Below, piece by piece: positions 20,680 through 27,651 of a DNA stretch of 27,651 nt; position 1 is the first letter of the stretch, and each line of letters starts with the position of its first letter. This DNA comes from Octopus sinensis (Eukaryota). The translations under genes and the position numbers were made by a program. The stretch lies in the NCBI RefSeq assembly GCF_006345805.1, contig NW_021827561.1, positions 1-27,651 on the forward strand, given 5' to 3'. The notes beneath the pieces are model-generated. The model ran no database searches. It was not told the DNA's origin and worked only from the letters and a program-made list of their open reading frames with translations.

Positions 20680-21561
20680 ACACACACATACACACACACA
20701 CACATACACACACACACATACACACACACACACACACACACATACACACACATACACACAAAGAGAGACAGACAGACAGTAAGACAGACAGAGACAGAGA
20801 ATATAAAAAACATCATAAAATGACAATTAAAAAACAGACGATAAATCAAAAACACACGCATGCATATATATATACACACACACATATCTATATAGATGTA
20901 TGTGTATATGTATGAGCGTGTGTGTATGTGTGTGAGTGTGTGTATGTGTTGTGTGTGTGTGTGTATTGATTTATCTTCTAGTTTTTTAATTGTTATTTTA
21001 TGCTGTGTTATATGTTGTCTCTCTCGCGTCTTTCGCACGTGTGTCTATGAGTGTTTGCGTGCGTTGAAGCCAAAACTTTTGTTACAGTGTTGTTCATAAT
21101 TTCAAACTTCATGTAGAATATGCGATATGAACAAAAAAAACAAAAAACAAAAACAAAATAATATGAAGAAGAAACTTTGACAAAACACTGTAATGTTATA
21201 ATAAAATATTACTCACCTTAATGTTGAGTTTATTGCTTTATGACTATGAATTAAAAACCGCAATCGTTTTGGCTAACTCGCCACATACATACAAGACTCT
21301 GTCTGTGTGTGTATACAGACACATAAATATATAGATATATATATATATATAGATATATATATATATATAATATATATATAGAATATATATACCAACATGT
21401 GAATATGATGTATGTCTTTACAAATATATTCATACATATTCCTATGTATGTGTATATATATATAAAGGTATATATATATATTATATAATATATATATATA
21501 TATTATATATATATATATATATCTATATAGATATATATATGTATATATATAATGTATCTAT

Positions 21562-21616
<55 letters not shown>

Positions 21617-21912
21617 CATGTATATATAATGTGTGAATTTACACCTATGTATACGGGCTTATAAAGTTTGTTTGTGTGGTATTGTGTGTGTGTGTGTGTG
21701 TGTGTAAATGCATATTATTTTTTGTAATTCCAGTCGATGAACTGCGGCCATGCTGAAGCACTGTCTTATTTTATTTTGTTTATTTATTACATTTTATTTC
21801 GTTTTTTTTTCAATTTGTGAAGTTTTAGGCTGAAGGCTAGTCTATAACTGAGTCATATACGTATGAACGTGTGTATGTATGTATTGTTATATATATATAT
21901 ATTATATATATC

Positions 21913-21947
<35 letters not shown>

Positions 21948-22090
21948 TGTGGGTATATATATAATATATATTATATAATATAACTTTATATATATACATA
22001 TATACATATATATATGTATGTATGTTGTGTATGTATGTATGTATATATATATATATCATATATATATATATATATATATAATATATATAT
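20680..22090. repeat. Microsatellite-rich zone (CA, GACA, TG, TA, TATG) with short unique spacers
   Basis: Directly visible arrays at about 20680-20960, 21315-21720 and 21860-22090. Confidence 0.85.
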
Positions 22091-22548
22091 ATGTCAATTT
22101 CAGTGTATAATAAAGCTGCAATGTGCGGGCATATAGATTAGGAAAGAGTGTATATAAAACTTTTTAAAGTTAGCTCGTATATCATCTCCTAACGGTAGGT
22201 TGTTGTTGTTGTGTTAACGACGATACATTGCGATAAATCTCCAATCTGGGTATTATTCCATTTAATATGCAAACCATTATAAGTATTAACAGGCTTGTTG
22301 GAGGGGCTTTTGCGGACGTTGTTGGTGGTGGCTATTTTTTTTTGTTTTTTGTTTTTTGTTTTTTTTGCTACGTATTTATCCTCGCGACAAAAGAACTCAT
22401 AAAAATTCTCTTACTATACGTGTGTGTGAGTGAGTGTAACTGGGTATGTTTGTCCTTTCCCTTTATCTCTTTCGTCTCCTTGTGATATATATATACATGT
22501 CGTCTGGGTATGACTATGTCTTTTGTACGGGTGGGAGGATGTGCGAGT

Positions 22549-22589
<41 letters not shown>

Positions 22590-22691
22590 GGAGAGAGAAT
22601 GAGCATGTGTCTATGTGTGGTGTCAGCTAATGTTACTGCATGTACATGCATACAAATGAACATGTACACCAAGGATTACGTAATACATAGG

Positions 22692-22734
<43 letters not shown>

Positions 22735-22826
22735 AGTGTGCACAGAGAGTATATAATTATATACTGTATTTGTATATTCCTATATAGAGGTTGATAAATT
22801 CAGACGTATATATATATATATATATA

Positions 22827-22996
22827 TTCTTTTATTCTTTTACATGTTTCAGTCAGTTGACAGCGGCCATGCTGGAACACCGCCTTTAGTCGAAGAAATC
22901 AACCCCACGACTTATTCTTTATAAGCTCAGTGCTTATTCTAGCAGTCTCTTTTGCTGAACCGCTAGGCTTCGGGGACATAAACACAGGCACAAAGA

Positions 22997-23049
<53 letters not shown>

Positions 23050-23251
23050 ACACACACACACACATACATACACACACATATATATAAATGACGGACGTCT
23101 TTCAGTTCCCGTCTACCAAATCCACTCACAATGATTTGGTTTGCCCGAAGCTATAGTAGAAGATACTTTCCCAAGATGCCACCCAGTGGGACTCAACCCG
23201 GAACCATGTCCATGTGATTGGGAAGCAAGCTTCTTACGTCACAGCCATGCC
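22827..23251 (-). mobile_element. SINE family A with internal (TG)n
   Basis: Matches the consensus; flanked by TA-rich repeats on both sides. Confidence 0.9.
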
Positions 23252-23377
23252 CATATATACATATATGTACATATATATATATATATATATATATAAACAA
23301 TTTATAAGTAAGGGCAAAAGAAAAAATTTCTAATGCCAAAATATGCCGAAAATAGACACAACGTCAATAACCATGTA

Positions 23378-23502
23378 ATTTATCACTACAAGCACGCGTT
23401 TCGAAGAAAGCCGACAGAAATTTCTAAAAAATCCCGTTATTACCATATCGGACCCGATTTTAGAGTTAGTTCATAAGAACCTTCCCGTCATCAGTGATAA
23501 AT
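23378..23502 (-). ncRNA. Hammerhead-like motif in a Penelope-type terminal segment
   Basis: Minus strand: ATTTATCA-CTGATGA-c-GGGAAGG...CTTTCTT-c-GAAACGCGT-gctt-GTA-g-TGATAAAT; 8-bp stem I, one extra base after the cleavage site. Confidence 0.55.
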
Positions 23503-23544
23503 GCGGCAAAGAAATAAGTGAAATACTTACTTATACCCATGGAA

Positions 23545-23692
23545 GGTATATATATATATTATATATATATATATATTATATTATATTATATATATAGATA
23601 GATAGATAGCTAGATAGCTAGATAGATAGATAGATAGATAGATAGATATAGATATAGATAGATAGATAGATAGATAGAGAGATAGATAGATT

Positions 23693-23767
<75 letters not shown>

Positions 23768-23772
23768 CGATA
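23545..23772. repeat. (TA)n then (GATA)n microsatellite
   Basis: Directly visible. Confidence 0.95.
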
Positions 23773-23780
23773 GAAATATT

Positions 23781-24420
23781 TTTAAATATTTATTCCTATG
23801 TCATGTGTTCCAGCCAATTTTACAGCACATGCACAGAAGTCGTTTGTCATTTCCGGCCATTTGCAGTTCTGCTGGGCCTGCAATCATTGTATGATTTCAA
23901 GTACACCTTTCTGGAAATCTTGCCAGACAAATTCATTTCCCGAATTAGATATCAGAAATTTACGATTCTACTTCTTTCTAACTCTTTCCTTCGTTAAATT
24001 TTTCTTTTTCAATCACTACCTCTGCAAACTCCATTTTAATATTTACACTTATTGAAACAGTATCCATGATTATCAAGCTTGCGTTTCAAGTCTGTTTTCA
24101 ATATTTGTCGCCTTTTGAAATTACATTTTCTTTGGTATTTTTAAATGCATGATCTTAGAACAATGTTTGGTTATATGATGAACAATTAGCCCTCCAGTTA
24201 AATATTCTTTCTGCATTCTCCAAATTTCTCACTTCGAATTTCTATTTCTGTTTCTATTTCCTAAACAGCACAAAGTTCGATTATTATAATTCTCTTTCCG
24301 CAATGACGTCCAACAAGCTAGAAATAACAGCTACGCTCCTATTAAATCGAAATCCAATGCAGCTCTTTCTGCATTATTAACACAGTCATTTCACACAACA
24401 TGTAGGTAATTTATCATATT
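23781..24420 (-). pseudogene. Decayed coding-like segment, possibly the 3' end of a retroelement
   Basis: Broken frames (..KEYLTGGLIVHHITKHC.., ..EFVWQDFQKGVLEIIQ*LQAQQNCKWPEMTNDFCACAVKLAGTHDIGINI*) ending in AATAAA beside an (ATCT)n tract. The terminal 77 bp recur at 25752-25828. Confidence 0.35.
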
Positions 24421-24491
24421 ACTCGTAATCAACAGGAAATTTAAAATTCATATATAATCGAAAGCAAGTCAATAGTGTCTTGTAATAACTG

Positions 24492-24699
24492 TTTCTACTT
24501 TAGGCACACAGCCAACAATTTTGAGAGGAGGGGAAGCTAGTCGATTACATCGAATCTGACATTTGACTCGTACTTTATTTTATCGACCCCAGAAAAGATG
24601 AAAAGGTAAATTTTACCACGATTTGAACTCAGAATTTAAAAGCTTGAAGAAATGACAAATGTTGCTCAGCATTGTGTTTGACGCGCTAGCAATCTCACC
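24492..24699 (-). mobile_element. SINE family B interrupted in its head by the foldback element; remainder at about 25608-25628
   Basis: agtcgattacatcga...ttatcgaccccagaaaagatgaaaagg...atttgaactcagaa; the head end tatctcaccgccatt resumes after 25607. Confidence 0.75.
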
Positions 24700-25607
24700 G
24701 GCATAACTACAGATTTCTGCCCCCACCCAGGTTTTGGATGATCATAACTTTTTAAAAAATGGATTTTTTAATGACATTTTCTACGACTATACAAATGTTT
24801 TGGGGAAAAGTGTTTTAGGAGGGGGTGGAGTGGGGAATTTCGGAAAAGTTGCCGGAGTCCACTTCAATTCGTCTAAACTTTCAAGAGAATGGATATTTTT
24901 TAATGAAATCCTCTACAAATATATCTCGGACTAAGTAGATTCCGAGGACATAGGAATTTGATGGGGGAAACAATTGGGAGTTATATTTTAGAACTATTTC
25001 CCATACGACATTTTTTCACTTTAAGTAAATTCCCAGGTAAACGTTTCTAATAGAAAGGCAGAAGACACCAGAAGCAAGAATAAGGAATATATACACGCAC
25101 AGTTAAATATAGAAGTGTAAAGTATAATTTGTTACATAATCTCTATAATAAACATGATATTGAATGAAATAATTTACCGTTTGACCTTTTTTAATTACAT
25201 GTGTGTGTGTGTGTAGAAGTCTATGGATGCACAAACGCACAAAACGGAGAAAATGAAACAAATATGGTCGATTTGTTCCGACACCCCCACCGAGTGGGGA
25301 ACGGTTCTCAAAAATAACACCATTTGTTTTCTCCCCACATTTCTCTGTCCTCGGAATCTACATAGTCCGAGGTATATTTGTAGAAAATTTCATTTAAAAA
25401 TATTTATATTCTTGAAGTTAAGACAAATTGAAGTGGACTCGGGGAAGTTTCCGAAATTCCCCACCCTCACCCCCTCCTAAAGCACTTTCCCCCAAATCTA
25501 CATGATATAACATATATTCATAGAAAATTTCATTAAAAAATATGCATTTTTCTGAAAGTTACGATCATCCAAAATCGGGGCGGCGGGCAGAAATCGGTAG
25601 TTATGCC
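24700..25607. mobile_element. Non-autonomous foldback/MITE-like element with ~310-bp TIRs
   Basis: GGCATAACTAC... (24700-~25012) is the reverse complement of ...GTAGTTATGCC (~25292-25607). Each TIR has an internal sub-repeat of about 125-135 bp period; the ~280-bp core is non-coding. Confidence 0.88.
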
Positions 25608-25646
25608 ATCCCGCTATCTCACCGCCATTTTGTGCCCATACAATGA

Positions 25647-25917
25647 TTTCTAATTTAGTCACAAGCTCAACAAATTTGAGGGGAAGGGGAGTTAGTTGAT
25701 TGCACGAAGCCTAATACTTGACTGACACTTTATTTTATTGACCTCACAAAGTTTGAATATTTATTCCTACGTCATGTAATCCAACCATTTTTACAGCTCA
25801 TGCACAGAAGTCGTTTGTCATTTCCGGCGGGATCTGAACTCAGACAGTAAAAAACCGGAAGATATGGTGCTTTAAACAATCTGTCCGACACGCAAGCGAT
25901 TCTGCCAGCTAACCACC
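25647..25917 (-). mobile_element. SINE family B carrying a 77-bp foreign insert (25752-25828)
   Basis: SINE similarity stops at ttattgacctcacaaag and resumes at cggcgggatctgaactcag. Confidence 0.75.
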
Positions 25918-25921
25918 ATGG

Positions 25922-26132
25922 TTTCTAATTGAGGCACAATGCCAACAATTTTGATAGAAGGGGCAGCTAATCGATTACATTGAACCCAGTACTTGACTGG
26001 TACTTTATATTATCGACCTCGAAAAGGATATGACAAAGTTAGCCCCAACGGGATTTGAGCGCAGAACGTAAAGAGCTGAAACAAAAACTGATAGACATAT
26101 TTTTCTCACGCTGCTTTAACGATTCTGCCAGT
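25922..26132 (-). mobile_element. SINE family B
   Basis: aatcgattacattgaacccagtacttgactggtactt...tatcgacctcgaaaagg...ttaacgattctgccag. Confidence 0.85.
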
Positions 26133-26477
26133 GAAAGATCTAAAGTATTTCGTAATAATATTTTCGGTTTGTATTATAACAGGCTACATTCAGGAATCGC
26201 CTATTTTCACGTGCGATGCAACCGGAAAAGAAAAAATTTGATGTGGGAAATTAAAAAATGGACACGGAAACAGAAATAGCGAAACGTACCAAGAATCCGG
26301 AAGTTTTGTACCATGTGCTCTCACCCTCCAGCTGTATACCAAGTTTATATTATATATCAATATATAATAAATGAATTTTATCGCTTCACTTGAAGATATT
26401 CAGCACGTACGATTTTCATTATGTCTCTATGTATTTGAAGATTTTCAAGTCGGTTTCTTTCTATGCTCAAGAAATCA

Positions 26478-26625
26478 CTATTATTATGGCTGCCCCCTCG
26501 TTATCGAGTATGGCCATTGCACGAAGCTTAACTGTTACTGGTGCCGTGATCGAATGTGACTTTTTAGCCCAGCTAAAGATCTACAATGTCTTGTACAAAA
26601 TTTACGAAATTTCAAAATTAACTGC
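26478..26625 (-). mobile_element. RTE-clade LINE 3' end, severely 5'-truncated
   Basis: Minus frame FRKFCTRHCRSLAGLKSHIRSRHQ* matches the C-terminal zinc-finger-like motif typical of RTE ORF2, followed by a short 3' UTR and an ATAATAAT tail. Confidence 0.75.
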
Positions 26626-26879
26626 GATTTTTGATCGGAAGAAGAATAAAATAAAATAAAATCATTATCTGAATAACTTTTGAATGAAAACGTAACAAGA
26701 CATATTTAAAGAAAAAACATCTGAAATACATAGAAGGAAAAACAGGAAATATATACACAAACGTATACAGCACATGGTATCACTTTAACTTGAAAAAAAG
26801 TTCAAAATCCTCCACTACCTTGGAAATACCCATCTCAAGAAATCATACATAAATACATACATACATAATATACAATTGT

Positions 26880-27120
26880 GTGTGCGCACGCGTGTGTGAG
26901 TATAAATATATACATGCATACAAAAGATACATATATATATTCATATGTACACATATATATGGGCGTGTGTGTGTATGTGTGTGTAATTATAGACATGCAT
27001 ACCTATACAAACATATATATTCATATGTACACATATATGTGGGCGAGTGTCTTCTTCTTCTTCTTCTTCTCTTCTTATTCTTCTTCTTCTTCTTCTCTTC
27101 TCTTCTTCTTCTTCTTTTCC
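26880..27120. repeat. TA/TG/CTT low-complexity microsatellites
   Basis: Directly visible. Confidence 0.85.
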
Positions 27121-27384
27121 ATCTTCCCACGCCATAGCCACAAAGAATAATCTCTAATTCGAGCCTACTCTAAGCTACTAAGAATGCGTGTGGCAACTTG
27201 AAGATCCACCCACCACACGCGATAGACTGGCGGTTGCACAGGCGCAAAAGCGACGTTGTTGTCCTCATTCTGTAAACGGTGGCTTTTAACGGGTGGAGAG
27301 CTGAACCATCATGGGGTACAGAGGATTCGCAATCTAGACTAGGGTCTGAAAGTTTACGATACCATAGTGGGTTACACTATGGTT

Positions 27385-27603
27385 CCTCTGCTTTGTGGCA
27401 GAAGTAGGAAGAAAGAGTGAGAGAAAGTTGTGGTGAAAGAATACAGCAGTGTTCACCCCACCCCCACCCCGCCCCCCCTCCGGAGACTCGTGGAGCTTAG
27501 GTGCTTTTGCTCAATAAACACTCACAATGCCCGGTCTGGGAATCGAAACCGCGTTCTTACGACCGTTTGACCGCAGCCCTAACCACTGGGCCATTGCGCC
27601 TCC
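27385..27603 (-). mobile_element. SINE family C, 5' half
   Basis: Reverse complement of the 20107 head: ...cccggtctgggaatcgaaaccgcg...ccctaaccactgggccattgcgcctcc. Confidence 0.9.
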
Positions 27604-27605
27604 AC

Positions 27606-27651
27606 TGTTGTTGTTGTTGGTGGTGGTGGTGGTGGTGGTGGCGGCGGCGGT
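27606..27651. repeat. Trinucleotide array stepping from GTT to GGT to GGC
   Basis: Directly visible at the window end. Confidence 0.9.

Noticed and set aside
21211-21220. Consensus splice donor AAG|GTGAGT on minus
   Set aside because: A single match is expected by chance in 27 kb; no partner acceptor or ORF supports it.
26390-26659. 89-aa + ORF
   Set aside because: It overlaps the RTE 3' end on the opposite strand.

Overview
AT-rich, microsatellite-dense eukaryotic DNA with no confidently identifiable intact protein-coding gene. It most likely comes from an octopus (inferred from the recalled SINE families, mariner and Tigger remnants and repeat style; not verified). Nearly all listed ORFs are microsatellite or antisense-transposon artefacts. 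The window holds about 25 copies or fragments of four tRNA-headed SINE families, here called A-D. It also holds a decayed Tigger/pogo transposon, a mariner 5' remnant, two decayed non-LTR ORF1 remnants, an RTE 3' end, and a 908-bp foldback element with ~310-bp terminal inverted repeats nested in a SINE. The most notable signal is a set of Penelope-type hammerhead-ribozyme-like motifs, mostly on the minus strand. Two of them (3547-3656 and 16924-17018) share a CUGAAGAU...UGAAACAAUUGUA core but have long stem-II hairpins of different sequence. One of these sits in a 250-bp unit bounded by perfect 26-bp inverted repeats, a candidate non-autonomous ribozyme-carrying mini-element. All coordinates and translations were read by eye and element boundaries are approximate.
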